DNA of 63,796 nucleotides, filler included, from an uncultured bacterium (GCA_964506785.1; 5 parts of 5 records of this genome joined end to end with filler, not necessarily neighbours in it), one strand, 5' to 3'. Shown: positions 19,640-31,000, numbered from the whole stretch's first letter. Translations and numbers: made by a program. Notes: generated by a model from the letters alone, not told the origin.

Positions 19640-20316
19640 TCGTCTCCTCCTTTTCGTAATTGCCTTAACTCTTTAATTTTCTGCGGAATAAAGTTTTCTT
19701 TATCCTCAGCTAAATCATCTAGAAAATCCTGGTAGATAGTTAAAGAAGGGGTATCTTTAAGCTGGTCGACCTTTTCTTTGCTGATAAAAGTGCCGATAGA
19801 ATCAATATGAGGCGATATTCCTCTTCCGGGAAAAATCGCAACCAACCTTTCATAGACTTTTAGCGAATGACGCAAAATCCATCCGGAAAGGTTGGAACGA
19901 TAAACTTGCATATTTACAGCCAGCGGCAGGTTAATTTTTAAAATCAGGACTAAAATTAAAGCTGTAATTATCAACCCTCGGCCTAAACCGAAAAGGGCTC
20001 CGCCCAGGCGGTTACCGACAGTCAAGGTAACGTGCCGGGCGCTAAAAAAAGTAATAAGGCGTCCCAGGATAGAAAAAATAAAAATTACCGCCAGCAGTAC
20101 AATAATAAAAACTGCCGCTTTATTTTCAACCAGAGGCAAATCCCATCGGGTTTCGATAGATTTAATGATATTGCTTTGATAATAGGTAGCTAAAAGCAGC
20201 CCAAGGACAACACCTATGACTGAAAAAACTTCTCTAATCAAGCCTTTGCGAAAACCCAAAAAGGTACTCACCGCTGCCAAACCAATTATTGCATAATCAA
20301 GAAAGTTTAGGTCCAT
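19612..20316 (-). CDS. cvpA: CvpA-family membrane protein
   Basis: LDY, GFRKGLIRE, NRLGGALFGL.RG. Confidence 0.85.
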   Translation of the reverse strand: MDLNFLDYAIIGLAAVSTFLGFRKGLIREVFSVIGVVLGLLLATYYQSNIIKSIETRWDLPLVENKAAVFIIVLLAVIFIFSILGRLITFFSARHVTLTVGNRLGGALFGLGRGLIITALILVLILKINLPLAVNMQVYRSNLSGWILRHSLKVYERLVAIFPGRGISPHIDSIGTFISKEKVDQLKDTPSLTIYQDFLDDLAEDKENFIPQKIKELRQLRKGGDEWKLNKSIK

Positions 20317-20338
20317 ATCCCCATCCTCACTGCCCAGG

Positions 20339-20368
20339 ATTATATCATAAAAACAGCATAGAAAGCAA
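20339..20368 (-). promoter_or_regulatory. Promoter candidate for cvpA-NIF3-dnaG-rpoD
   Basis: Minus strand TTGCTT, 18-nt spacer ending TGA, then TATAAT. Confidence 0.5.
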
Positions 20369-20441
20369 ATTTACTTATTCTCAAGACAGAGCCTTCTTTT
20401 GTAAAAGTTATTCAGGATGCGTTTTCTCCTGCCATTCAAGG

Positions 20442-21731
20442 TTACATATAAGACAATTTTAGCTGATTCCCCGGATGAACTTTAACCAGGTGGTTGATTA
20501 AAGAAGCCTTTCCGGGAAAACTAAGGCGGAAATAATTTCTGGTCAATCCGGTCAAATTTCCGTCTTTATCCTTTTTCTCTACCAGAATCTCCAGCGCTTT
20601 GTCTTTTTGAGCGGCCCAATATTTCTCTTTTAGCTTTTTAGCTAACTGGTGTAATTCCTGACTGCGCCTTTTCTTTATTGCCAGCGGGACTTGTCCGGAA
20701 AAATCAGCCGCCGGAGTTAGCTCTCTTGGCGAGAAGGTGAAAATGTGCAAATGGGTAAATCCTATTTTTTTCACTAAATCTTTGGTTTTTTGAAAATGCC
20801 TCTCTTTTTCTCCCGGGAAGCCAACCATAACATCGGTGCTAAAGGTCGCTTGAGGGATTCGCGCTTTAATTTTCTTGATTAGGCTTTGATATTGACTCCG
20901 GTTATAGGTTCTTCCCATCCGGGAAAGAATCTCGTCGTCACCGCTTTGCAGCGAAATGTGAAAATGGGGACAAACCTTTTGGCTACCGGCAATCTGCTCG
21001 ATTAATGCGGGGCTCAATTCACCCGGTTCTAAAGAACTAAGCCGGACTCTCAATAATCCATCTTTCTCCTCTAATTCCTGTAAAACCTCAGCTAAATTAC
21101 TTTGGGGCTTCAAGTCTTGCCCGTAAGAGCCCAGGCGGATTCCGGTTAAAACCACTTCTTTAAATCCATGTTTTAAAAGCCGCTTGATTTCTTCTTTTAC
21201 TTCAACCTTGGACCGGCTTATCATCTCTCCCCGTACCCGCGGCACCAGGCAATAACGGCAACGGGCATTACAGCCATCCTGGATTTTAACAAAAGCCCGG
21301 GTGTGGTTATAAAATCGTTCAACCTTTAAATTTTCCCAGCTGGTTCGCTTTTTATTATCAGAGACGGCAATCTCTTTTTTCCCGCTTGTTAAGGCCTTTT
21401 TAAATAAACTGAAAATCTGTGCTTTTTCCGGATTTCCCGCCAATAAAATAACCCCGGGAAAATCGGCTAATAATTCCGGCTGCCGCTGGACCAGGCAACC
21501 GGTAAGTACGATTTTCGCCCGGGGGTTAAATCTTCTTGCCTGCCGGATAGCATACTTCGATTCCTTATCGGCTTTGGCCGTAACCGTGCAGGTATTAATA
21601 AGGTAAACATCGGCTTTCCCTTTGAAGGGAACAAGGGAAAAATCATCCTTTAGAAATTCGCCGACAATGGCTTCGGTATCGTATTGATTAACTTTGCACC
21701 CTAACGTATAACTGGCTATCTTCAGATTCAT
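20442..21731 (-). CDS. mtaB: tRNA t6A methylthiotransferase
   Basis: TLGCKVNQY, INTCTVT, KIQDGCNARCRYC, TRAM-like end; lies downstream of dnaJ. Confidence 0.93.
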   Translation of the reverse strand: MNLKIASYTLGCKVNQYDTEAIVGEFLKDDFSLVPFKGKADVYLINTCTVTAKADKESKYAIRQARRFNPRAKIVLTGCLVQRQPELLADFPGVILLAGNPEKAQIFSLFKKALTSGKKEIAVSDNKKRTSWENLKVERFYNHTRAFVKIQDGCNARCRYCLVPRVRGEMISRSKVEVKEEIKRLLKHGFKEVVLTGIRLGSYGQDLKPQSNLAEVLQELEEKDGLLRVRLSSLEPGELSPALIEQIAGSQKVCPHFHISLQSGDDEILSRMGRTYNRSQYQSLIKKIKARIPQATFSTDVMVGFPGEKERHFQKTKDLVKKIGFTHLHIFTFSPRELTPAADFSGQVPLAIKKRRSQELHQLAKKLKEKYWAAQKDKALEILVEKKDKDGNLTGLTRNYFRLSFPGKASLINHLVKVHPGNQLKLSYM

Positions 21732-21746
21732 TATTGCCTTCAATTT

Positions 21747-21802
21747 TTCCGTCTTCTGTTTTCTGTCTTCCGTCCTCTGTCTTCCGTCTTCTGTTTTCTG
21801 TT
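21747..21802 (+). repeat. Heptamer tandem array (YTCYGTY), 8 copies
   Basis: TTCCGTC TTCTGTT TTCTGTC TTCCGTC CTCTGTC TTCCGTC TTCTGTT TTCTGTT. Confidence 0.9.
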
Positions 21803-21804
21803 AT

Positions 21805-22935
21805 TTATAAAAACCACTTGCCAAGAAACCCTTTGTTTTTCTGGTAGCTTTCCTCTAAAGTTTTGCCTAAATCTCTGATTAGCCTTTTCTGCTCCTGCGT
21901 AAGATTAGAGGGCACCTGAACAATTACCCGGACATATTCGTTACCTTTGCCCCGTCCGTGCAAATTAGTAATACCCTTGTTTCTGAGACGGAAAATCTTA
22001 TTGGTCGGCGTGCCGGCGGGAATTTTCATTCGGGCATTACCTTCTAAGGTAGGCACTTCAATCTCCCCCCCTAAGGTGGCCAGTGGGAAGCTTATCGGCA
22101 CTTCAAGATAAATATCATCTTCTTCTCTTTTAAAAATCTTATGAGGCCGTAAGTGAATTAATATATAAAGATCCCCTGAGGGCCCGCCTTTTTCTCCGGC
22201 TTCACCTTTACCGCGCACCCGGATATGGGTGCCCTCGTCGACACCCGGAGGAATCTTAACGCTTATTTCGGATTCCTTCCTGACCTTACCCCGTCCGTGA
22301 CAGCTCAGGCAGGGATCAGAAATTATCTGGCCGCTCCCTCCACACTGATCACAGGGCTGGCTAAAACTAAAAAATCCCTGCCGGTATTGAATCTGGCCGT
22401 TTCCCCGGCACCGGGGACAGGTTTTCTTTCCCGTCCCTGGCTTTGTCCCTTCACCGTTACAAACCGGGCAGATAACCGTATGATAAATATCGACTCTTTT
22501 TTCTGAGCCAAAAGCAGCCTCTTCTAAGGTTACCGTTAAGCGGTATTCTAAATCCGCGCCGCGCCGCGGCCCCCGCCGCCGGCTGCCTCGCCCGCCAAAA
22601 AAATCGAACAAATCGCCAAAGACATTGCCGCCAAAACCCAAATCAGAGAAAATACTCCCGAAATCCGTGCTTTTAAAGATATCTTCATAGCTATATTGCT
22701 GGTCGATACCGGCGTGGCCAAACTGATCGTAGGCGCTTCTTTTTTTCGGGTCGGTAAGGACAGCATAGGCCTCAGAAATTTCTTTAAACTTCTCCTCTGC
22801 CTCTTTCTTTTCATCCGGGGCGACTCGATCCGGATGATACTTCATCGCTAACTGCCGATAAACTTTTTTTATCTCTTCGTTAGAAGCATTCTTGCCTACC
22901 CCTAACACTTCATAATAATCGCGCTTAACAACCAA
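21805..22935 (-). CDS. dnaJ: Chaperone DnaJ
   Basis: HPD J-domain, G/F region, four CxxCxGxG repeats. Confidence 0.98.
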   Translation of the reverse strand: MVVKRDYYEVLGVGKNASNEEIKKVYRQLAMKYHPDRVAPDEKKEAEEKFKEISEAYAVLTDPKKRSAYDQFGHAGIDQQYSYEDIFKSTDFGSIFSDLGFGGNVFGDLFDFFGGRGSRRRGPRRGADLEYRLTVTLEEAAFGSEKRVDIYHTVICPVCNGEGTKPGTGKKTCPRCRGNGQIQYRQGFFSFSQPCDQCGGSGQIISDPCLSCHGRGKVRKESEISVKIPPGVDEGTHIRVRGKGEAGEKGGPSGDLYILIHLRPHKIFKREEDDIYLEVPISFPLATLGGEIEVPTLEGNARMKIPAGTPTNKIFRLRNKGITNLHGRGKGNEYVRVIVQVPSNLTQEQKRLIRDLGKTLEESYQKNKGFLGKWFL

Positions 22936-22958
22936 TTATCTACCTCATTTTTACTGTT

Positions 22959-23004
22959 CCTGGTACCCTGATATCCTGATATCCTGATATCCTGATACCC
23001 TAAT
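22959..23004 (+). repeat. Octamer tandem array (consensus CCTGATAY), about 5.7 copies
   Basis: CCTGGTAC CCTGATAT CCTGATAT CCTGATAT CCTGATAC CCTAAT. Confidence 0.9.
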
Positions 23005-24906
23005 CTATTTTCTGTCTTTATCGTCTTCTTCCTTAAACTCGGCATCGACTACGTCTTCTTTTTTCCCCTCTTTCGGCCCGCCCGGTGATTCTTTTTCTTC
23101 TGATTGAGGCGGCGGAGTTCCTCCCGGACCGGCTCCCTGGTTTTGCTGTTGCTTGGCCGTTGCTTCCCGGTAAACCGCCTCGGACAATTTATGGGAAGCC
23201 TGGGAAAGTTTTTCAATACCTTTCTTTACCGACTCGGTATCATTTCCTTCCATAACCTTCTTTAAGCTCTTAATTTCCTCCTCTATCTTTCCTTTTTCCG
23301 CCGCGCCTACCTTATCGCCATAATCGCGCAGGGCTTTCTCGGTGGTAAAAATTAAGTTGTCGGCCTGGTTACGCGCTTCCACCAATTCCTTTTTCTTTTT
23401 ATCCTCTCCGGCGAATTTCTCCGCCTCTTTAATCATTTTATCGACTTCATCCTTAGAGAGCTTTGTCGGAGCGGTTATACGCATTGACTGTTCTTTTCCC
23501 GTTCCCTTATCTTTGGCCGAAACATGCATGATACCGTCGGCATCGATATCAAAGGAAACCTCAATCTGAGGAATACCCCGCGGCGCCGGAGGGATACCAA
23601 CCAGCTGGAATTTACCCAAGCTGACATTATCTGCCGCCATTGGTCTTTCTCCCTGTAAAACGTTTATTTCTACCGCCGGTTGATTATCGGCCGCCGTTGA
23701 AAATATCTGGCTCTTTTTTGTCGGGATGGTGGTATTCCTTTCAATCAAGCGGGTGCAAACTGAGCCTAAGGTTTCAATACCTAAGGATAAAGGGATAACA
23801 TCTAATAGAAGGATATCCTTTACCTCTCCGGTAAGTACCCCGGCTTGAATGGCCGCCCCCCTGGCCACACATTCCATCGGGTCAATACCTCTTTCTACCT
23901 TCTTGCCGACATAATCCTCGACAAATTTGTGAACCACCGGCATCCGGGTTGGTCCGCCGACTAAGATTATCCGGTTGATATCATTCGGCTTAAGTCCGGC
24001 ATCCGATAAAGCCTGCTCCATAGGATGTTTACAACGGTTGATAACCGGCATTACCAGTTCTTCCAACTTTGCCCGGGAGACGGAGATGGTTAAATGCTTT
24101 GGCCCGTGGGCGTCAGCAGAAATAAAGGGAAGGTTTATCTCTGTCGTCAAGACATTAGACAGCTCTATCTTGGCTTTTTCCGCCGCCTCTCTTAATCTCT
24201 GCATGGCCATTTTATCCTGTGTTAAATCGATGCCGTTATCTTTTTTAAACTCACCGGCGATATAGTCAATCAGGTTATTGTCCATATCGGTCCCTCCTAA
24301 TTGAGTATCACCGCTGGTTGATTTAACCTCAAAAACCCCTTCGGCCATTTCCATAATAGTTACATCTAAGGTTCCGCCGCCAAAGTCAAAAACCATTATC
24401 TTCTGCTCTTTCCCGGCTTTATCGACACCATAGGCCAAACAAGCGGCTGTCGGCTCGTTAATAATTCTTTTTACCTCGAGTCCGGCAATAACCCCGGCAT
24501 CTTTGGTTGCCTGGCGCTGGTTATCGTTAAAATAAGCCGGGACAGTAATTACGGCTTGGAGGACATTCTCACCCAGATAGGCCTCGGCATCCTGCTTAAT
24601 CTTTTGCAGGATAAAAGCGGAAATCTGCTGGGGAGTAAATTCTTTGCCATGAACCTTCACTTTATCGTCTGTCCCCATTTTTCTTTTTATGGCCGTAATC
24701 GTTCCTTCGGGATTACTGACCGCCTGCCGGCGGGCCGGCTCACCCACTAATTTTTCGCCGTCTTTGGTAAAAGCAACGTAAGAGGGAAAAGCCTTGCCCC
24801 CCAGGGTTGTGCCTTCCGCGCTGGGGATAATGGTTGCTTTTCCGCCTTCCATAACCGCCGCCGCTGAATTTGAAGTTCCTAAATCGATTCCAATAATCTT
24901 TGCCAT
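23005..24906 (-). CDS. dnaK: Hsp70 chaperone
   Basis: [43 protein letters not shown]. Confidence 0.99.
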   Translation of the reverse strand: MAKIIGIDLGTSNSAAAVMEGGKATIIPSAEGTTLGGKAFPSYVAFTKDGEKLVGEPARRQAVSNPEGTITAIKRKMGTDDKVKVHGKEFTPQQISAFILQKIKQDAEAYLGENVLQAVITVPAYFNDNQRQATKDAGVIAGLEVKRIINEPTAACLAYGVDKAGKEQKIMVFDFGGGTLDVTIMEMAEGVFEVKSTSGDTQLGGTDMDNNLIDYIAGEFKKDNGIDLTQDKMAMQRLREAAEKAKIELSNVLTTEINLPFISADAHGPKHLTISVSRAKLEELVMPVINRCKHPMEQALSDAGLKPNDINRIILVGGPTRMPVVHKFVEDYVGKKVERGIDPMECVARGAAIQAGVLTGEVKDILLLDVIPLSLGIETLGSVCTRLIERNTTIPTKKSQIFSTAADNQPAVEINVLQGERPMAADNVSLGKFQLVGIPPAPRGIPQIEVSFDIDADGIMHVSAKDKGTGKEQSMRITAPTKLSKDEVDKMIKEAEKFAGEDKKKKELVEARNQADNLIFTTEKALRDYGDKVGAAEKGKIEEEIKSLKKVMEGNDTESVKKGIEKLSQASHKLSEAVYREATAKQQQNQGAGPGGTPPPQSEEKESPGGPKEGKKEDVVDAEFKEEDDKDRK

Positions 24907-24941
24907 TTTTTACCTCCTTTTAACTTTATGTTATTCACCAT

Positions 24942-25445
24942 TCACTTCTTTTTACTCACCTTGACCATCGCCGGCCGAATTACCCGGTCGGCCAAGAGAT
25001 AGCCTTTCTGCAGCTCCTCAATAATCGTTCCTTCCGGATGTTTATCCGCTTCTTCCTGGCTGACAATTTCGTGCAGGCGCGGGTCAAATTTCTCTCCGTC
25101 GGTTTTCATCTCAACCAGCCCGGTTTTACTCAAAATTTCCTTAAGCTGTTTCTGAATCATTATTACCCCTTGTTTTAAAGAATCGAAATCCCGGTGATTA
25201 TGGGCCGAATCTATGGCCCGCTCAATATTGTCCATTACCGGGAGCAATTCCTGAATTAAAGATTCTTCGGCAAATTTAATAAGATTTTCCTTATCTCTTT
25301 CGGTGCGTTTTCGGAAATTCTCGAATTCAGCCTTAAGGCGAAGCAACTGGTCATATAATGCTTTGTTTTTCTCCGTTTCCTCGTCAAATTGCGTTTTCTT
25401 TGAATAGATAATAGAGCGGTCCTTGTATATGCTCATAGCTTGCAC
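24942..25445 (-). CDS. grpE: Nucleotide exchange factor GrpE
   Basis: LRLKAEFENFRKR, LLPVMDN.ERA, FDPRLHE, GY...RVIRPAMVKV. Confidence 0.97.
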   Translation of the reverse strand: MQAMSIYKDRSIIYSKKTQFDEETEKNKALYDQLLRLKAEFENFRKRTERDKENLIKFAEESLIQELLPVMDNIERAIDSAHNHRDFDSLKQGVIMIQKQLKEILSKTGLVEMKTDGEKFDPRLHEIVSQEEADKHPEGTIIEELQKGYLLADRVIRPAMVKVSKKK

Positions 25446-25456
25446 TTATCTCCTTC

Positions 25457-26488
25457 TTATGTTCCGGCTAATTGATTAATGGTGGAAGTCAATTGTTTGG
25501 CCGTCGAGGAAACCAAGGCCACGGCTTTGCGATAATCCATTCTCTTCGGCCCAATTACCCCTACCGTGCCAACCGAGACATTGCCCAATTTATAGGAGGC
25601 AAAAACAATGCTGCAATCCTCCATATCTTTACAGGCACACTCCCGGCCGATTAAAATCCTGATTTCATCAGCTTCTGAATTTTTAAAAATACGCTCAAAG
25701 GTTTCTTCCTTCTCCAGGCTTTTAAGCAAACTGCCGATTTTTTCTCTATCTTTAAATTCCGGTTCATCCAGAAAAAAACTGGTCCCATCCAAAAATATTT
25801 TTTTCTTCCCTTTTGTTTTAAGGAACTCTTTAAGTATCCGCTGGGCTTTTCTATAAAGGCGGCTAAAACTTTCTTTAGAAGACCCTTTAATCCCTAAGAG
25901 ACTTTGCTTTAACGATTCTTTATTCCGCTTATTCAAGAGCAGATTTAATTCCCGGAGTTCTTCCTCGGAAATCGGCTCTTCGACCTGAATAAATTTATCA
26001 TCCACCAGGCCGAAGCTGGAAACCAGGAGCATAAGGATTCTTTTGCCCCCGGTGGCCACTAATTCAATCCGGTCAAGGTTCTCTCCGGCAGACTGCGGGG
26101 CTAAAACAACCGCCGTATGATGGGTAACCGAAGCCAGCTTTTTTGAAGCCCTCCTGATAATCTCGTCAAGATTTCTCCTTTGGGAATGATATTCCCGGTT
26201 CAAATCCGAAAGGATTAACTTATCTATTTTTTCAATCTTAAGCAGATTATCGACATAAAAACGGTATCCTTTATCGGTCGGCACCCGCCCGGCGGAAATA
26301 TGCGGCTGCTTAAAATATCCGAGGGACTCCAATTCAACCATTTCGTTGCGAATAGTCGCCGGGCTTAAATTCAAATGATAATTTTCAACCAAGGCCCGGG
26401 AGCTAACCGGCCGGCTGGTTTGAATATATGACTCAACCGCCACGCTTAGAATATTTTTTTTTCTTTCATTGAGCTTTTCTTTAACCAT
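25457..26488 (-). CDS. hrcA: Heat-inducible transcription repressor
   Basis: SPATIRNEM, QPHISAGRVPTDKGYRFYVD, VIGPKRMDY. ATG at 26488. Confidence 0.97.
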   Translation of the reverse strand: MVKEKLNERKKNILSVAVESYIQTSRPVSSRALVENYHLNLSPATIRNEMVELESLGYFKQPHISAGRVPTDKGYRFYVDNLLKIEKIDKLILSDLNREYHSQRRNLDEIIRRASKKLASVTHHTAVVLAPQSAGENLDRIELVATGGKRILMLLVSSFGLVDDKFIQVEEPISEEELRELNLLLNKRNKESLKQSLLGIKGSSKESFSRLYRKAQRILKEFLKTKGKKKIFLDGTSFFLDEPEFKDREKIGSLLKSLEKEETFERIFKNSEADEIRILIGRECACKDMEDCSIVFASYKLGNVSVGTVGVIGPKRMDYRKAVALVSSTAKQLTSTINQLAGT

Positions 26489-26505
26489 CGCCCTTTCCCC
26501 GGAAT

Positions 26506-26532
26506 TTGGCACTCTCAAAGTTTGAGTGCTAA
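26506..26532 (-). promoter_or_regulatory. CIRCE operator (HrcA binding site)
   Basis: TTGGCACTC-N9-GAGTGCTAA, one mismatch from consensus, directly upstream of hrcA. Confidence 0.95.
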
Positions 26533-26560
26533 ATTATAGCACTTCCCTTATTTTTGTCAA
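26533..26560 (-). promoter_or_regulatory. Sigma-70 promoter of the hrcA operon
   Basis: Minus strand TTGACA, 16-nt spacer ending TGC, then TATAAT abutting CIRCE. Confidence 0.85.
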
Positions 26561-26675
26561 GAAAAAAATAAAAACCTTTTTCTCCCGGCGATTATTCCTC
26601 TCCCTGGGCAGTAGAAAGCTGGAATTAGCAACAAGGGGTGATTTCCGGGAGTAAAAGAATATTTAATAGGAATGA

Positions 26676-27950
26676 TTATGAAGCGCTATGAAGCTGGAGG
26701 ATATCGTTATACTCATCTATTTCTTTTTTGATATCATCAGTGGTCCTTAGGGGTTGTAGAATTATAATATTAGCGTTGCTGTCTGCCGGGGTTTGGAAAA
26801 TGTCGGCCAGTGAATAAACACTGATTCCCCCGGGCCTATCATCGAATAATACTATCTTTACCTGCCTATCTTTAGCTAATCGCAAGAGAGCATTTTTGTT
26901 TTCTTGCCTGATTTTACCCTTAATTACAGAAAGATGGCTTCCCGGAGTAATCGTCTTTTTAGCTAATTTTATAAGTTGGCCTATTTCCTCTACTTCATCA
27001 GAATTAACCAGAACCTCATCCTTCACTATAGTTACAATTCCTATCTTTGAATCTATTTCGCCAAGCATCTTTTCTAAAACCCTGGCCTTTCTTAAATCCT
27101 GGGCGGTTATAAAAATCTTCCCCAATTTGCCATTATCAGAAAGAACCCTTAAAACATTTTCGGCATCTATAAGGCCGCCGTCATTTAACAACTCTTCGGC
27201 ATAAATAATAAAATTCTGTTCAGTTTTAATATCCTTAACTAATTCAGCGGTTAATTCTGGGTATTCGGCTTTTCCTTTTAATCTTCCCCTGAAATCTTTA
27301 AAAAGAACCGGTAAGTTTAAGATTTCCTCGGCGTACTTTTGCTGTTCCGGATACATATACGCTCCGGGTATAGTCAAAAATTTCAAAAGATGTCTTCTGG
27401 CTCCTATTAACCTATTCTGCCTAAAGTATAAAATGCCCAGATTATAATGGGCTTCAGCAAAACGGGGTATTATCCTTATTGCTTCTTTATAAAATTCTTC
27501 TGCTTTTTCTAATTCCTCTAATAAACCCTGTTCTAGGTATAATATCCCCAGATTTAAATATGCTAACGCATATCGAGGATTTATATCTATCGCCCGCTTA
27601 TAACATTTTTCTGCGGCTTCCTCTAATCTACGCCTCATTATTATTACTTCTTCTAATCTTATCTTTTGAATGGCGGCGGCTTGTTTAGCTTTTTCTTCTT
27701 TTTCTCTTTTAATCCTTAGTTTCTCTATCGCCTCTTTTATAGCTTCATCTCTCGCCTTTTTCGCATATATTATCCCCAGTTCTGTATATAATAGAGTTTG
27801 CATTTCGGTCACTGGCTGTGTAAGCTGCAGTTTCCGGTGGAACCTTGAAACGGGTTTAATTTCTTGTTTTACTTCAACTTCGTATATATCTTTGATATCC
27901 TCCGGCAGTTTTAATCTCTCTTTAGGAATAATGCCGGAAGCCTCCGGTTG
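26676..27950 (-). CDS. TPR-containing protein, 5'-truncated at the contig end
   Basis: TPRs (CYKRAIDINPRYALAYLNLG, YKEAIRIIPRFAEAHYNLG). Frame stays open 46 codons upstream of 27812 to the contig edge. Confidence 0.8.
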   Translation of the reverse strand, partial: QPEASGIIPKERLKLPEDIKDIYEVEVKQEIKPVSRFHRKLQLTQPVTEMQTLLYTELGIIYAKKARDEAIKEAIEKLRIKREKEEKAKQAAAIQKIRLEEVIIMRRRLEEAAEKCYKRAIDINPRYALAYLNLGILYLEQGLLEELEKAEEFYKEAIRIIPRFAEAHYNLGILYFRQNRLIGARRHLLKFLTIPGAYMYPEQQKYAEEILNLPVLFKDFRGRLKGKAEYPELTAELVKDIKTEQNFIIYAEELLNDGGLIDAENVLRVLSDNGKLGKIFITAQDLRKARVLEKMLGEIDSKIGIVTIVKDEVLVNSDEVEEIGQLIKLAKKTITPGSHLSVIKGKIRQENKNALLRLAKDRQVKIVLFDDRPGGISVYSLADIFQTPADSNANIIILQPLRTTDDIKKEIDEYNDILQLHSAS

Positions 27951-28050
27951 NNNNNNNNNNNNNNNNNNNNNNNNNNNNNNNNNNNNNNNNNNNNTTAATT
28001 AATTAANNNNNNNNNNNNNNNNNNNNNNNNNNNNNNNNNNNNNNNNNNNN
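27951..28050. other. Artificial contig-join spacer
   Basis: N-run + TTAATTAATTAA + N-run. Confidence 0.97.
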
Positions 28051-31000
28051 AAGAGAAAAAAAAGTTAGAAAAAAAAAAGAAAAAAAACGGTATAGAAAAT
28101 GCCTTGAAAGATAAAAAGCTGAAAGAATTCTGGGAAAGGTTGGAAGGGGTAATAGAAGAACATGGCATAGAGGAATTATTTTATTTTGAACCTCAGCGGA
28201 GCAAACAGATGTTTCCTTTCCATTCAGAGCAGGCTGAATTGGAAAAAGCTAAATTGGGAGTAGTTGAACAGCTTCTCTCTCTGGGAGATTACAATCTTTA
28301 TATACAGAATAGGGAAAGACAGCTGATAGCCTCGGAAATAGGCCTTTACCCGTTTTTATTTAGCCTTCGCTTCTCCAGTGACGAAGAGTTAGAGGCGATA
28401 TATGGTGAAAAAGGGCGTATATCGCGCGGTGATTGGCAGCAACTAAAAGATATAGTTCTTGGTAAATCAGGAAGGGTGAAAGTTCCGGTAGTTGAAATAG
28501 CTGATTTATTAGATGAGCGAAATAAGGGTTTCTATGGCCATGCCGAAAATGTTAATGTTACAAGAAGAATCTGGCGGTCTTTACATTTAGACCGGGAAGG
28601 CCGAAAGGCGCTCGGGCTGGATGAGGCGGTTAATGCAAAGAGGATTTTTTATCCGGATGAATTTAAACCCGGTGAAGGCAGTTCTTGTCAGGGAATCATT
28701 AAGGGGACGGTTAATACCGGCAGAAAGGTTATCGTTGACCATAATAGCTATATCGAAATTGAAAAGGGAAAAGCACTATTTATCCCCAGCGGATTTATTA
28801 TTGATAATTGCCGGTTTGAAATCACTGAAAATTTTCCGGTCAGGTTTTACGGAGAGAAAGGACGGGTAACCGGGCTGGAATGGACTGCCGGTAAGGAACT
28901 TTACGATGTCAATGGAGCGAAGGTGGAAGAATTGATATTACGCGGCGATGAAACAGTAACCGCAATTGATATTGTTGATAAAAACGGCCAGACCAAATCG
29001 TATCTTTGCCGTTTAATTAACAGCCTGCCCCGCCGGGAGGTTAAAATAGGAGATATCTATAATATTCAGGATGAAGACGGCTGGAAGTATTTAGTCAACC
29101 AGCATCCGGAAATGCTGAGCCAATATGAAGATAAGTGGGAGGAGATTAAGGAGAAACAGTTTATAGATTTAGAAATATTTGGCGGATTCACCTATTATGA
29201 AGCTTTAAAACGGGTTGATGCTCTGAAATCGTACCAGAGGACAATTAACCTGCAAATAATGCTTCAGGAAGAGGAGAAAGGACTGGGTATTGAAGAAATA
29301 TTTAAGGAAGAATTTAAAAAAGCGGCCCCATTCCTTTCCCCGCGGGAACAGCTTATTATTCTTCTGAGGGCCTATACTGATTTTACTTTAGGAGAGATTG
29401 CCGAAAATGAAGAATTTCTTGATTTTACCGGTAATGCCAAAACCGGAAAGAAAGTTGGCAAACAGAGAATTGGAGATATTCAAGATAATGCTTTAAGTAA
29501 GTTGAGAAAGTGGAATATGGAGCTGGCCTCTTTTTCAGCCATGCTTGAAAGAAAAAGTTCCAAAGAAATAAATAATATCCCTGAAAATTTCCGCATGGCC
29601 TTGTTTAATTTAAGCAAAGAGGAACGGAAACAGCAGATGATACCTCGAGCGAAAGTGGAATTATATCTCTGGGCAATAAATAGGGACCCGAAGGGAATAG
29701 AAAAGGAATGGACTATAGCGAAAATTGCCCGGGATTCGGGTATTAGCGCTGTTACTATTATAGCTCATTTGCCGGCTGTCCAAAAACTCCTGGATACCGA
29801 AAACCTTCCGTCAATTAAGATAAAAGAAACCAAGAAGAAAATACTCAATCCACAAAAGGAAATTTATCAATGGGCCTGTATGAGGGATGAAGAAGGGAAA
29901 GCCAAAGAATGGAGCCAGGAAGAAATCAGCCGGGCGACGGGCTGTACTCTAGAGCAGGCAGATAAATATCTTCCTGATGTTGAGCTTGATTTGCAAAACA
30001 ATAATGAAGGTATAATTAAATTAAAGCCGGATTTAGTAACTGTTACCGGCCAGAGTTATATGGTTAACTATTTCAACCTCGATATCAATCAAGAAGGGTT
30101 ATATCCTTCTCCTATAGAATTTGAAGGGAATAAACTACAGGAAATAGTCGGCTGGGGTGATTCCGTGAGTGAAAAACTGCAGCCATTTAGTATACGGCTT
30201 GGGCAGGAAAAAAGAAATTTCAGAATTTTATATGATGAAGTAAAAAGAAGAATAATACTATTGAGGGAAATAAATGGTAGATGTATCCCGAGTGAATACT
30301 TCGAAATACAGTTGGAAGGAAAGTGTAAAGGTTTAGTTTGGTACAAATATAGTGAAGGGAAATCTGTTCTGGGTGCGGTCCCGCCGGTATTTACAGGGTT
30401 GGAAAGAAAAATCGGAAAATCGGAAGAATCAAAGATAGACAAAACGTTGATTATCGGAGCGGTGCGCGAAGCGGTGGAGGCCAGAGAATTAGAGTTAAAA
30501 TATCCTGAAGCCACTGTCTATTTCTTAGCCCGTCTTCCGGAAGATGATAGATATATCCGGGCATATCCGGTCCAGGGAAAAATAACAAATAGCCCGTTTA
30601 TGGTGCAGGAAGAAAAACAGGTAAGCCAGTTAGCCGATAGTTATGCCGTTGATAAAGATAGCCGGTTGAAGGTTATTGCTGAATCAGGGAGGCATGAGGT
30701 TAATGAAATGGTCGAGAAATTTGCTAATCTTCTGGTTTTATTGGATAACCAGGGAATTAAACCGGCGGATGAATTAACGGTTTCTATAACCGGACTGACT
30801 TCAAAACCGGAAAGAACCAGGCGTTTTATATCGGAAAGAACAGGTAGAAAAAGAGAAGAAGATGCCGGGAAGATAATCGAAGGTATTTTTCAGGCGCTTA
30901 GGGCGCGTAAAAGAAAGGATTTAAGCGGAAAAATTGAAGAACTTACCTCAAGCGGAAGGCTCATCCTGCGATTTGCCGGAGTTGACCTTGCTTATAGGTT

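Noticed and set aside
21747-23004. Short repeats as a possible CRISPR array
   Set aside because: Units are 6-8 nt with no spacers, and no cas genes are present.
26489-26518. Longer hrcA start at 26518
   Set aside because: It lies inside the CIRCE operator; ATG 26488 is more plausible.
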